Below, in pieces: positions 25,521 through 38,584 of a DNA stretch of 64,000 nucleotides (the stretch's first letter is position 1; every line of letters starts with the position of its first letter). Position numbers and translations under genes: made by a program. The stretch comes from the human T2T-CHM13v2.0 reference genome, Homo sapiens: NCBI RefSeq assembly GCF_009914755.1, contig NC_060935.1; one strand, given 5' to 3'. The notes beneath the pieces are model-generated. The model worked only from the letters and a program-made list of their open reading frames with translations. It ran no database searches and was not told the DNA's origin.

Positions 25521-26017
25521 TAGGAGTAGAAATGATCTCCACATGGAAGATGAGTCCAGTAGTCATGTGGGACAGTTGCTGAGAAGACATGATTTCAGAG
25601 GCACCCAGAAACTGCTCATGATCCTGTCCCCCTCAGGAATCTCCCCTTTCCGCCTGTCATGGTGTCTGGAATTCTCATTCATTCCTTGACCTGTGGCATT
25701 GTCTCCAGAAAGCTCAGGTGTTTATTTTATGACTGCATTTGCAAAAGACAAATATAATCCAGGCTAAATTGTATCCATTTCATCCTTCTGGTTTAAAAAA
25801 CAAATTACAACATTTCCTTGGGCCCCTAAAACTATCTTGGCTCCTAAGCATTGTGCCTACTCTGCCTAATGGGTAAGTTGGCCCTCGATTTTGTCCCCAG
25901 AGTAGCCCTCCACACACCTGCTTCCCTACATGTTGTCACCATTCCTGCCCCTGGCTTTTGACACTGGAAAGGTGTAAAATACAATCTGTCTTGGAGGTAG
26001 CCGGCTATCACAGAAAG

Positions 26018-26353
26018 CGGTGGTCCCCAGCCTTTCTGGCACCAAAGACCCAGTTTTGTGGAAGACAATTTTTCCATGGACAGAGATGCAGGATATGGTT
26101 TCGGGATGAAACTTTTGCACCTCAGATCATCAGGCATTAGATTCTCATAAGGAGTGTGCAACCTAGATCCCTCGCATGTGCAGTTCACAATCGGGTTCAC
26201 GCTCCTGTGAGAATCTAATGCCACCACTGATCTGACAGGCAGAGCTCAGGTGGTAATGCTCACTCGCCCACCACTCACCTCCTGCTGTGCAGCCCAGTTC
26301 CTAACAGGCCATACAATGGTACTTGTCCATGGTTCAAGGTCTGGGGACCCCTG
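26018..26353 (+). mobile_element. MER1B (hAT-Charlie)
   Basis: TIRs cggtggtcccc / ggggacccctg. 8-bp TSD acagaaag (26010-26017) / acataaag (26354-26361). Body has cattagattctcataaggag...acctagatccctcgcatg. Confidence 0.9.
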
Positions 26354-27321
26354 ACATAAAGCACTGGGCAACATTTGGATGGGATCAGGGCTGACCGTAT
26401 TTACTAACAACTGCAGAATCCTGCAGTTTCCAAAGCATTTTTATCAACATGATTTTCTTAAAATATTATGCCCATTTTACAGATTAGGGAAATGAAGACA
26501 CTAAAACAGAGAAGAGAAGTGATTTGTCCAAAACACAAAGCTAGTAAGAAATAGAATCATAGGGTCAGGTCAAATGCAGCCTCGGCCCACTTCACAGCTT
26601 CCAGCACAGTTAGGTTCTGCTGGATCTCATGATATATCTTTGTCCCTGAACATCTCATATGTGTGGCATTGCAGAAGACATGCTGACAGTGTCACATCCT
26701 GACAGGTGCACAAGTGGAGCTCAACATATTTGGGTGGCATATGGAAGCTAATTGCAGCCGTGGTTCCCAAATCTCTCCCCAAGTAACTGACTTCAGTATG
26801 CGTTTGTATGTTTTTTTTTAACTAGAGTAAATTTGATTGTCACACATGCCTCCAATCTTATTTTAATGTAAGTAGAGCATGATTGGAAATTCAGAATTAG
26901 ACTGCCCAGCATTAATTACCTCTCAACTACACTTTTTATTTATGGAGCATGTTTACTGTCATTAATGAGGAGAACGCTAGAAGGGCATGGAAGGAGGATT
27001 GATCAAAAGAAGGTGGATTGAATAAGTAGTTATGGATAGGGCAATTTGAAATGGATTTATTCCTTTTTAATTTAAATTGTATCTGATTTCTGCATTCTGA
27101 TTCTTCTAACCCCTTTGCCACATGCCCCCATGTTCTCTTTTTGAATCTTGCTCTCATTCACCTCGTATTGCCCCATCCACAGTGTTAATAAGATAACGTC
27201 CAGGATGCCCCCTAAAATTGGTACTCCTGATTGCAAGGGGCTGCAAGATTCTCTCATCATGTCTGTCCCGGCTTAAAAAAAAACATGAAGATTATCACTG
27301 TCTACCTTTTATTGAACACTC

Positions 27322-27740
27322 TTTTTTTAATTTTATTATTACTATACTTTAAATTTTAGGGTACATGTGCACAACGTGCAGGTTAGTTACATATGTATAC
27401 ATGTGCCATGTTGGTGTGCTGCACCCATTAACTCATCATTTAGCATTAGGTATATCTCCTAATGCTATCCCTCTCCCCTCCCCCCACCCCACAACAGTCC
27501 CCAGTGTGTGACATTCCCCTTCCTGTGTCCATGTGTTCTCATTGTTCAATTCCCACCTATGAGTGAGAACATGCGGTGTTTGGTTTTTTGTCCTTGCGAT
27601 AGTTTGCTGAGAATGATGGTTTCCAGTTTCATCCATGTCCCTATAAAGGACACGAACTCATCATTTTTTATGGCTGCATAGTATTCCATGGTGTATATGT
27701 GCCACATTTTCTTAATCCAGTCTATCGTTGTTGGACATTT
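27322..27740 (-). mobile_element. Young L1PA (PA3/PA4-like) 3' end, ~420 bp, inserted in a MIR
   Basis: Near-consensus L1PA 3'UTR and ORF2 C-terminus (WIKKMWHIYTMEYYAAIKNDEF...MFSLIGGN). TSD TGAACACTC at 27313-27321 / 27747-27755. Confidence 0.93.
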
Positions 27741-30700
27741 ATGTTGTGAACACTCATTATGTCTCAAGTACTTTCTCACCACTCATTATTTTACCTCCTA
27801 ATAACACTATTAGGAGGAGTAGGAATAATTATACCTAATATATAGCTGTGAAACCTGAGGCTTAGAGAGGTTGAATCAGTAGTTTGAAGTCACACAGCAG
27901 ATATAGGAGTCAAATTCATTACATATTGTCAACACTGACTATGCCATTCTCACACAGGACAGTAGTCAGAAAGGGCTGAATGAAGCATATCGCCAAGCAA
28001 CCAGGAGTGGAAGGGATCTAGGACTAGGGCTGAGTCTCAATGCTTGGACCACTCAGCATTCAATTTGCCCTTGCAGGGGAGGCAGATCTGCTTTTGTCCC
28101 ATTCCTGGCGTCCTCTGCTCCCCCTGACTATCTTTAGGCAGTAGCATTGATCTGGTTTCAAGCTATTTTGGTTTTTCAAACTAAAAACTAAGCTGAGTTG
28201 GGCTACACTATTTACTTAATGCTTTCCCTTGGCAGTTATTTCCCTTCCAGGAAAGAGCTACTGTGTGTCATTTTCTCTCCTGACAGTGATCCCTTCTGGA
28301 AACCAGGAGCTTCCGGCCCAGGTAGAGACCTGGAAGACTTGGCCAGGCTGCTAGGCCTCTGTCTGCTGCCCCTGGGGAGCCTGCTAACCAAGTAGGGAGA
28401 TGGTTTGCAGCCCAGGAAACCCTGAGCACATGGGCAGTTGAGCATGGCATTAGTGGGATATGCTGGGCATGTAGTGAGACCTTGTCCAGGCTTTGTGGGG
28501 AAGGCTCTGAGGTCAAACGAGGCAGCTCTGAGGCTGTGGGCAGTGCTGACCAGTGGACTGGTGGAGGCAGAGAGATTGGATTTCCTTCAAAGCAAGTCAC
28601 AGTCAATTCTCCCAGCTTGTTCAGAGGCCCTTATAGATGCCTGCATGTGCCCTGGGATTTTCACATCCCAGGAGACAGTGAGGCAGACCTGTTTACCCAC
28701 ATTTTACAAATTAGGTAACCAAGGATTGCAGAGTTCAATTAAGCCACTCTTATTTATCAAGCATCTTACTGTGATGTGAAGGCACAAGAGACCTGGACCC
28801 CACCTCCAAGGAGTATGAGAGAGGGAAAAAGAAATGTAGCCAGGCCACTGGAAGTGTCACAATCTAGGCTGGATTTGAATCCTCCCTCTGCTACTTCTCA
28901 CTATTTAATCTTTTTTGAATCTCATTTTCCTTACCTGTAAACTAGTTATAATACATACACCACAAACTCCTCAGGGACAAGGGCCAGGCTTGTCTTGTTC
29001 TCCACCTAATCCCTGGCCCCTAGCATGGTGCCTGGCACAGAGTAAGGAATGCATATCTGTTAAATGAATGAGTAGACATTGTCATGAGTATTAAATGTAA
29101 TGATGTGGGTAAAATGCTTACTTAAAGGTTCATGGGAAGCACTCAATGAATGGTAGTGTTAATACTCTGTTAGGAACAGGGGGCAGGGAAGGTGCAGGCA
29201 CCTCACTTCACAGAGAGGTGCAGACCAAAGAGAAACAGGCTTGCAAGACAATGAGCATATCCCTCAGCCAGGTTTCCAAAGCAGATGATGCTGCTGAAAG
29301 GTAAAGATGTGAGTGACCATGATTAAAGATATTGACAGGCAGAGATAGGGAAGAACTTGCCCAAACCACAAGGCTGGTGACTGGCAAAAGCCAGGGTTAA
29401 AACTTGGAGCTTCTAACTCTCAGTTTGTGTTGTTTCTGGGCCATTCAGAGGTCTTCTTGTACCCTTTAAAGTTTTACCAGCAGATTGTTTAAGCATCCTC
29501 TGTATGAAGCTCTTAGAATTTCAAATGGACTCTTATTTTTAGAAGCAGCATCCCACTGAGCATTTGACAGTGATCGATTCATTTCCCAGTTTGTTTTTTA
29601 ATAGGCTTAAAGGTTACTGTTGATAACTGTTTATAGACAGTTAATGTGGTACTTGCAGTTCCTGATTTCTTAGGCCTGGGACTCACTGTGCCTTCAAGAT
29701 GCTGAAACCAAGCAAGGTGTGAGGAGTAGGTGGGGGCATCTCCCTCCCAGATTTTCCTCACCTCTTCAAGGCTGTCATTCACAACTCCAGTCACTGGCTG
29801 CTGCAACGTTGTTCCCAGTTTGACTAAAATTTCGTTATTTTTTATGATGACTTTATTCTTTCCATCATAAGCTGGATAATTAGGAGCTAGAGGCAGCCAG
29901 TAATTAAGCTCACCTGTCAGAGTTTAGATTCAGTCAGAATGAAACACATCCTTTAACTTCCCCTTTCATTTCCCTGGATGTCAAGACGTCTGAATTAAGC
30001 TCCTTATGGGAACAATATCTGACCCAAAAATGTTAGGACAGGGATTACCGAGATGGAAATTCGGTTACGTTACCTACTTGTCATGACTTAGAAGGGCTGT
30101 GAATTCTCAGGCTGCTTGAGAAAACTACTCATTTGTGAGGAGAATTGAGTTCCAAACCATAATAGCTAGTGGAAGCAATTTCTGGGATCACAGCATTCAG
30201 ACTTGATATTCATTTGTCCCCTTGAGAAGGAATTCAGGCTAGAGACTTTCACGAATAAAAGTGCAAAGTCCACAAAATCTCCTGGTGCCGTTTGTCATCT
30301 GCGGAGAGGCCTGCCTCACGTCTGTGGCTTTGAGGGAGCAGAGCATTCAGATACTTTGTTTCTGCTGGTGGGCCATTTGAGCCAATGGCTAGATGAAGCT
30401 TTGTTCTTGACTCTTGAAAATTATACTCTGATGTACTTCAAAGGGATTCTAATGAGGACATTGGAAGCACAAAGAATTCAGCTTTGCAAAGTCAGTTCTC
30501 AATTCCATAAAGTTCGGCATTACTTGATTTCTCTAACGAACCTCTTCGCTCTCCCTTGCCTGTGTCTGGGTGAGGATTGTCTTAGAGGACATTGATCATT
30601 TTCACCTTCATTTTCCATTTTTGCTTCTGGTATGCTCATCTCACCCCCAGTTTTATCAACAGCTCCTCTGCATTCTTTTCTCTCTTCACATGCAAGGTTT

Positions 30701-31406
30701 GGCAGAAATGGCCTTCGTTTCTAAAATGTTGATTAAAGACATTTTCTGAAAATCTATCAGTCCCAAACCTTCTCACTTATACACATCTTTTTCTCTCACA
30801 ACTGCCATGTGTCTCATTTTCTCCCCAGGTATTTTTCTGTCGTTCCCTTGACCTTTCAAACAATGCTTTGGCCGTTGCCAGTAAAGAACTCACTCAGGCT
30901 TGCTGTCCTAGACTCTGAACACATCTGCCACCTCTGTCCAGGTAGTTTTAATATTAGTGACATATGGCTAACTCTATCCCACCTTCCTGCTGCCTTGGGA
31001 GCCCTCACCCACTCTGTTAATGCTGCTTCCAGAGCATTCCCCAAAGTAGGAAGTTATAGAATGTCCCGTGTGGAAGGGGCTTTATACTGAGTTCTATCTC
31101 TCACTTCAGATAGAGTAACTGAAGACCAGAGAGGGAAAACAACTTGCACAGTCACAAAAGGAGGCAGAGACAGAGTCAGAATAGGGTCCCAGGCTCCTCT
31201 TGGCCCTTTCCCTTTGAGAATTCATTTCTATACACAAATGCCACACAGGAATTCAGGATCCTTATTGAGTCGGCATTGCTGCTCTCATTTGTGGAGCATT
31301 AGCTATATACTATACACTGTGCTAAGTGCTTTTTATGTATGCTTCATCTGATTCCCACCAGGTACTCTATAAGATGAAATCCATTTTGCAGATGAAGACA
31401 CTGAGG

Positions 31407-31617
31407 CAATGGTATGCTGAGGCTGGCTGGTACTATCTCTTGAGAGCCAGTTGTGTGCATCTCTTCCCAATTTCACATTCAGTGACATCATGTTGCTAGC
31501 TAAAAATAGACTATAGCAAGAGTATTTACACCATGGAAATTGGCAAATGCTACAAATCAGAGCATTTCTTTATCCCCTTTCCTCCCAAAGAAGATCCAGT
31601 TTCCCAGCGCACCACTT
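31407..31617. mobile_element. MER63-like DNA transposon inserted in a MIR
   Basis: caatggtatgctg ... gagtatttacaccatggaaattggcaaatgctacaaatcag ... ccagcgcaccact. MIR halves flank it (31290-31406, 31618-31740). Confidence 0.75.
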
Positions 31618-31899
31618 AGCTTACATATTAGCTAAGCAGCTTACCCAAGGGCACACAGCAGGGAGGTGACAGAGCTGGGACTTTTATCCAGGGCTCTGAC
31701 TTCGGAGTCTGAGCTCTTAACCAATACTCATACTGCTAGTCAACAAGGACAGGTTTTCAGTGACTCATTTACTCTTAGACTGGAGATGATGAGTAGGAGA
31801 AAGCAGCTGCCAGGGGTCTGGTACATAGGATGGTAGCAAGGTGTGGGGTACCCATATCTATAGAGACCGTACCCCGCCAGCTAGAGAAGGATGCCCCCA

Positions 31900-32290
31900 G
31901 AAGTTTTCCCAGATCTCACTCCACACCAACCACATCAGCTTCCTTACTGTTTTCCGAGTTTTTCAAGCATGCTCCCAACTCAGGGCCGTTATTGTTGTTC
32001 CTGCTGTCTTAAATGCTTTTCCACCGATAAACACGAGCTTGCTCCTTTACTTCTTTAGTATGTGTGCTCTTTCTTGACCAACCCATCTAAACTAGCACCC
32101 CAATATTCTCTACTCTCTTCCTTTATTTTCATAGCATGTATCACTACCTGTTTTCAAAGCACGTATTTGCTTTTTGTCCTTCTCTTTCAGTGGAATGCAA
32201 GCCCTGTGAAGGTTGGAGCTGTCCCTGTTCACTGTTGTAGCTTCAGAGTAGAGAGAAGAGAGGGATTAGATAGGAAAATAAGTGAATCTC
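31900..32290 (+). mobile_element. L2 fragment
   Basis: ctcagggccgttattgttgttcctgctgtcttaaatgct ... gaatgcaagccctgtgaagg ... ttcactgttgta. Confidence 0.55.
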
Positions 32291-32859
32291 AGCTGTATTC
32301 TACTCCACATGCCACCTTTCTTAGACTTGACCCAGGTGGTCAACTACTAGCTCACACATTCACCAGTAAAGGCAAAGGGCTTTCTCCTTGGTTCTGTGAT
32401 CTCGTAGGATCTTCAAAGTCTAAAACCATCTTCTTTCCACCTTGGAGCCTCTTCTTTCATGTTCTCACCGTCCCTCTGAAAATAGGCCAACAGTCATATC
32501 TGTTGGTGCTGATTTGCAGACAGATAATAGATCAAACATTTTCAGAAGGAACCTTTGGCCCCAAGAACTAATTACATCCCCATCTTGGAAGGTGACTGTC
32601 CCTGTGTCATTTAAACTGTGTAAGAGAATGGTGGAGGCTGAGTGTGACCTTTGGCAAAGCCCACACGAGGGTACTCAGGGAACAGCCAGCAACGGGAGAA
32701 GCTGCAGTGAGCCCTGGCCTGGGTACCTGTGCACTTATTTTCACCTGGAGGGCCACACTGATGTTGTTTCCTGCATTTCTTGGGTCATGTCCAGCAGTAA
32801 ATGCATAATCACTCTTACATACCCATGCACATATACATACACTCAACTTCCTTTCTCAT

Positions 32860-33245
32860 TTCAAAAATCTTATAGAAAATGTCAACCATAGGGATGGGAA
32901 AAGGATGATTAATAATCACCTGCAATCCCACCCCTGAGATAAAAATTGTGAATATTTTGATCAATTTCCTTTTAGTCATTTTTTTCCTACTAATTAACAT
33001 CTGTATATTTTGTGACCCATATTTTTAAAAACTTAGTATATCATGAACACCTTTTCATGTCATTAAGGATTTTTATACACAGTCACTTTTAGTAGCCAGA
33101 AAGTAGTTGTATGAAGGTACCATGATTTGTATAACTCATTCCTGACCATTGGACAGGAATGTTGTTTCCAGTTGTATATTATCACAGATAATACTATGAG
33201 GGGATTTCTCATTGGTAAGTATTAGACAAACAGTGGTTATTCTCA
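32860..33245 (-). mobile_element. L1ME4-like fragment
   Basis: aatcacctgcaatcccacccctgagataa ... taccatgatttgtataactcattcc ... ttgtttccagtt. Confidence 0.6.
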
Positions 33246-33276
33246 TGGTTATTCACTTCAATCATTGTAAACTCAA

Positions 33277-33642
33277 TGCCATGGACTGAATTGTGTTCCC
33301 CCAAATTCATATGTTGAAGCCTTAATCCCCAATCTGATGGTATTTGGAGGTGGGGCCTTTGGGAGGTAACGAGGTTGAGATGAGGTCATGAGGCTGAAGC
33401 TCCCATGATGGCATTATTGCTCTTATAAGGAGATGAAGGTATTAGACTCATTCTTTCCACCATGTGAAAATAAAGTGAGAAGACAACTGCCTGTGAATCA
33501 GGAGGAACACCGTTACCAAGAACCTAACCATGCTGGCACCAGATCTCAGACTTCCAGCCTCCAGAACTGAGAAATGAATGTTTCTTGTTTAGGCCACCCA
33601 GTCTACGGTATTCTGTTATAGCAGTCCAAGCTGAGTAAGACA
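33277..33642 (+). mobile_element. MLT1A-type MaLR solo LTR
   Basis: TG...CA ends. tggactgaattgtgttcccccaaattcatatgttgaagcc ... gacttccagcctccagaactgagaaat ... tgttatagcag ... taagaca. Confidence 0.88.
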
Positions 33643-35857
33643 CTCCCCACTTCATGAGTCCTTCACTTGTACTTATTAGAATGGTACCTTCATCTTGACC
33701 ATGATTTTGCCTCTAGGCCTTTGCATATTCTGTTCCCTCTGTTTGGATAGCCCTTCCCCCTCAAGCCTCTTTATCTTATTTCCACAGATTTTTTCCTACC
33801 ACCCCCACCCAAGCATACATTTTTTTATATTTTGATATCTCTGAAATGGGGATGAATTGAAGGGTCATTATGCATATTTGTGGTAGTAAGTCATAGACTG
33901 GAGACATAGAATTCCTCTTCATTGTCTAAGGCTCAGCCCAGGCAGTTCCTCTTTGGGTTTAGGCTCTCTTCTCTGGGTTGCAGTAACCTCCAGGCTACTC
34001 TGTCATTGCATTAGTCAGACTATACTGTATTTGTCTGCTCATTGGTCTCCCCCTGCACGAGGACCTCCTTGAGAACAGCAAATGTGTCTTTCATTCCTTT
34101 GTCCCCTGCTCCCAGTAGCCCAGGCTCCAGGACAGTTGCTGAAGTCAGAACAGGTGGGGGTGGACCCAGCCCCTGATTATCTTCTGCCCTCTCCACTAAT
34201 AGGCAAATTGAATTATTTCCTCATTCCAGGCCCATGGAGAGCTCCTTTAAGGAGCCCTTGGCGGGTGGGGCAAAGCATCTCACCTGTCCCAGCTTTGAGG
34301 TTAATGCCCATTTTAGGCCATGATTGGTGTATTTATTTGCTCAGAGGGAGGGTGGGGAGAAAGCTTGGTGGGTGGAGGTTTTGGTAATTCATGCCCGCAT
34401 GACTATAAGAGAGCTTCCAGGAAACCACGTTACCAGCATAGCAATTGTTTTCACTGCATTTCAGAATGACATTCAAGAGTCAACAGAAATGCTTGAATTT
34501 CAACTTTACAAAAGGGCTTGCTAGAGATATCGCCTTTCCCCTCTGTCCCTTTTGCTTAGTCCAGGATACAATGACCATGAAAAAAGTTGGCCATTTGAGC
34601 TTTTCAATGCCCTTCCTCCCAACTTTTCCCCTTTCCCTACCTCTTTCTGGGCCTTTCTCTTTTTTCTGAGTTGATATTCCCTTATCTTCCTCTGCATGAC
34701 TTTTAACTTTGCTTTTTATTAATTAACTCCAGAAGGAATAAGGTGCCTGTTACATGGGAACACACTGCACAAAGTTGGGAGAAGGGAAGATCATCCTTTC
34801 TGGCTGGGAAGGTGGGTAAAGGCTTCGTGCAGGAGGCAGCTGATTCTTGAAGGCTGGGTAGGATTCAAACAGATGAAGAAGTGGTGAAGGAAGAGGATAA
34901 GTCATTCCAAGCCTAGGCAGGAGCAAGGCATGGTCAGGAAGGTGAGGGCTGAGGCTGAAGCAAACATTTATTTATAATGTTTACAGACTACCTGCAGTAA
35001 GCTGGCAACTTTCTTAAGTGAGTAAACCAGATGTCACTCAGGTCCCTGGTTCTCCAGCTCATGTGTCTGCATGGGCTTTCTTCATTTTTACCCCATGACA
35101 ACAACCCAGACTCTAAACTCAATACATTTACAAGTTTGAACCAAAGGAATCCATGATTATAAAAATATTGGTACCCAATTTAGATTTGACTGGTTATTTT
35201 GTAGAGGACATGGAGGATTGAGCTCATCTTGTATACTTCACTGCAAGCAACTGAAAATATCCATTAGAGGTTTCTGTTTTCCCAGAGAACTCCCCTTAGC
35301 CTACCGTGGTATGGAGGAGTGTTGCTGTCTCCTTCCCTCGCTTACTTCCTTGCTGGCCCTTTTCTCTCCTGGATTCTTTCCTGTGAACTCTGCATTCCTC
35401 ACCCTTTGTTAGCCAACTCTTGCCACCGTCACCCACAACTTGCAAACTACAGATCCATTGTGTTAATCGACAGGATCAATGATCCAGATCATTGTGTCCA
35501 GATCATGGCCCTTGGGATCCACTCTTCTGCAAGAGGTTGATTTAGCTGTATTTTCCAAACAAATGCAATGTCTTCCCCAAGAAAATTCTGATGGCGAATG
35601 TAGTCTCCCTGTTGTTACGTGTACATTTTCACATTCAACTCACCACAACAGTCCTTCTAATATCTTCATTTTACAGAGTAGACAACTAAAAATAAGAGAA
35701 TTGGTTTGCCCAATGTCACACAGCAGCCAAAATGGTGGAGGTGAAATCTGAACTCTGTCATTCTATTTTTTTAAAATGTGTAAGAGCTACATCCCATGCA
35801 TGGACTGTGAGGAAGGTGACTTTGATGGAAGAAAGGCTAGACATGTAGGTTGTGACC

Positions 35858-36844
35858 TGTATTTGTTTCCTATGGCTACCATAAGAAAATACCATGAACT
35901 GGTGGCTTAAACCAACAGAAATTTATTATCTCACAGCTCTAGAGGCTGAAAGTCCAAAATCTGGTTGTTGGCAGGATTGGTTCCTTCTAGAGCCTCTGGG
36001 GAAGGACTCGCTCTATGCTTCTCTCTTAGCTTCTAAGGTCGCTGGCAATTCTTGGCATTCCTTGGTTTGTAGATGCATCACTCCAGTCTTTGGCTTCATC
36101 TTTACATGGTGTTCTTCTCTTCGTGTCTCCTGTATCTTCACATAGCCTTGTTATAAGGACACCAGTCTTTGGCTTTGCAACCCAATGTTGTGCTAAACTC
36201 CTATTATTCTCAGTAGGGAAGGCACCAGGTTCTAGAGGCCAAAGAAGAGACCCAGAGCCAGCAAATACGATATGGAGTTTTATTAGGGACTTACCTACAG
36301 GGCAGAGAATCTGGTGGCAGCAGTCTGGACAGGACAACCACCTTACATATAGAAATGGTCCAGCGGCAGCAGGCTGGACAAGATAACTGCACAGCCTAGT
36401 GGTGGCTGGCTGGGCAGGAAAATCACAACTGCTTTCAAAAAGACTGTAGTTTCTACATCACTTAACAGCCTCCCCTTAATGACCTCCACGTGGCAACTTT
36501 CATTTAACCTAGAGCTCAGAGCCTCAATCTCCTGTACAGCTCTTGTTCTATGGGACGGGATGGGGGCTCAGATGTTCCTCATGGGCAAGGAATGAATCTG
36601 TGGGTTGGTTACGTCTGGATTCCCTGGCTCAGAACGCACATTCAGGTGTTTCTGCCAGACAAGGTCATTCTAAGGGTATGCTTAAATTATTGCTATAAGG
36701 GGCACTTACCCTACACCCACCCTAATCCAGGATAAACTCATTTTAACTAATTAAATCTGTAAAGATCATAGTTTCAAATTAGGTCATATTCTGAGGTTCC
36801 AGGAGGACATGAATTTTTGGCAAGACATTATTCAGACCAGTACA
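35858..36844 (-). mobile_element. MLT1B/C-type MaLR solo LTR split by a nested LTR (parts 35858-36185 and 36716-36844)
   Basis: ggtggcttaaaccaacagaaatttatt ... tataaggacaccagtc | ccaccctaatccaggat ... ggtcatattctgagg ... taca. TSD tgacc/ggacc. Confidence 0.85.
36186..36715 (-). mobile_element. ERVL solo LTR (LTR47-like) nested in MLT1
   Basis: TG...CA ends with TSD cccaa/cccac. Minus strand begins tgtagggtaag...tagcaataatttaagcatacccttagaatgacc, resembling LTR47 as I recall it. Confidence 0.75.
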
Positions 36845-37429
36845 GGACCAGTTCATGAAGAGTCTAGAAGGTATTACCAAGAAATTTGGACTGCGCGCAA
36901 GGGGCAGTCATGAAGGGTGACTGAGGGAAAGAATAACCAGAGTCAACCTGAAACCCCCAGGAATCTGATTGGCTCCGTGTTCTTTCTTTCTCACCCAGCT
37001 CCCTATGCCTTGTTGCTTTATTAAGGAATTAAACAGGGTGGGCGTCCATCAGCAGATGAGTGTTTTTTGAGAGTGGCAGCCTTTTCTTCTTTTTGGAAAC
37101 TTTGCATTTGCCTCTGTTGTGCCTTGGACTAATCAGTATGCCGCGTGAAACTATTTAAAGCCTGATGCATTAGTCACAACAAATCTGCTCCTGCTGGGAG
37201 TTAAAAAGGCTGATCAGGGCGCCAGTTTCTTTTTGGTGAGCACAGTTTGTTTTTCCCGTTACTTCATTTGCATCCAGCCCCTTGGATTTCTCGGACTTCA
37301 CGCACAGAGCCCCTTTCCTGAATTGCCCCTGGTACAGAGAGAGCTGCCAAGGCCTGGTCAGGCCACCTTTGAAAACCTTTCTGAGGACAGAGGCTGAGAC
37401 AAGGCCAGGGACCAAAACAGGAGGGGCTG

Positions 37430-37472
37430 CTGGGCTGGACTGAGCTGGGCTGGGCTGGGCTGGGCTGGGCTG
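37430..37472 (+). repeat. (CTGGG)n pentamer repeat
   Basis: ctgggctggactgagctgggctgggctgggctgggctgggctg. Confidence 0.9.
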
Positions 37473-38139
37473 ATCCACGGGGAAGACCCTGATGCCCAGA
37501 GAACACACTGTGCCAGCTGGAAACTGTTGATAAAGCCTGTGGTGACCACTTCAGCGCCCTGCTCTGACCTTTTCCCATCTAATGTGGGGCTATTTTAATG
37601 TTGTTTTGAAGCTGAGAGAGCACCAGAACCTTGGGCCTGCTCTCCTGGTGGAAACCACAGGCTTCATCTGCCTTTGTGGTGTTGCCAAACCCTTGACTGT
37701 CCTATAAGGGAGCGGGCTTGAGAGTAACACAGTTGGCCTCAACGCGTGTGTGGAGGCCTAGGGCTCCTGTTTATTTTTAGCAGGAGTACTCAAGCAGCAT
37801 GGCAGAGTTTCTCCATACTGCCTCATAAGGTGTCCTCAGATTCTGGGGCTGCAGGTTGCACAAGAGAGCAACCCTGGGGTGGTGACAAGAAGAGAGTTTG
37901 AATTTCTGAATTAAAGGCTTTTGCTCCTCTGCCTCGGGTTAACTGTGTGACCTTAGGCAAGTTGCTTGACCTCTCTGAACACCAGTTTTATCAGCTATAA
38001 AGTAGAGTGGGTAATTCCTCTTTATCGTAAGATTCAGCAGCATGAACTAAGAGGATTTCTGGGAAAGTGCTTCATAGGCTGCATGGTGTGTGATGGGAAG
38101 GTATAAGGGACATGAATAGCCCTGTATCTGGTGCACAGT

Positions 38140-38350
38140 AACAGCTTACACTTATTGAGGGTATGGTATGTGCTATACATTGTTCTGGGTACTTTTCATG
38201 GATTGTCCTATTTAATCTGCACAAAAGCCCTAAGAGATACTGTTATAATCTCTATTTTACAGATGAGGAAACTGTGGCTTAGAGAATTTATTTGCTGAAG
38301 ATCAAACAGCTAATTAATTGCCAAAGCCAAATTCAGACTCTGCAGCCTGC
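38140..38350 (-). mobile_element. MIR
   Basis: tatttaatctgcacaaaagccct ... attttacagatgaggaaactgtggcttagaga. Confidence 0.78.
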
Positions 38351-38584
38351 AGTCTTACCCCCAGTCTCTTGGTGCTGCCTCTCTCAGTGTCATCATTATC
38401 ATTACCATCATCATTGCCCAGTTATTGGAACCTGGTCTTCGACAAACCCCAAAAATATTATACATTGTCTCTAATCCTCACAGCAGCATCATAATATTAA
38501 CTCATTGTAATATTTACATTGTGGTGTAAATATTATCCCCTCCACTTCATAGATGAGGAATGTTGAGAATAAAGGGTTTTGTTC

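Noticed and set aside
27546-27782. ORF with a real protein match (WIKKMWHIYTMEYY...)
   Set aside because: This is the C-terminal remnant of L1 ORF2 in a truncated L1PA, not a gene. The same applies to ORFs 21964-22167 and 22367-22648 in the L1MA.
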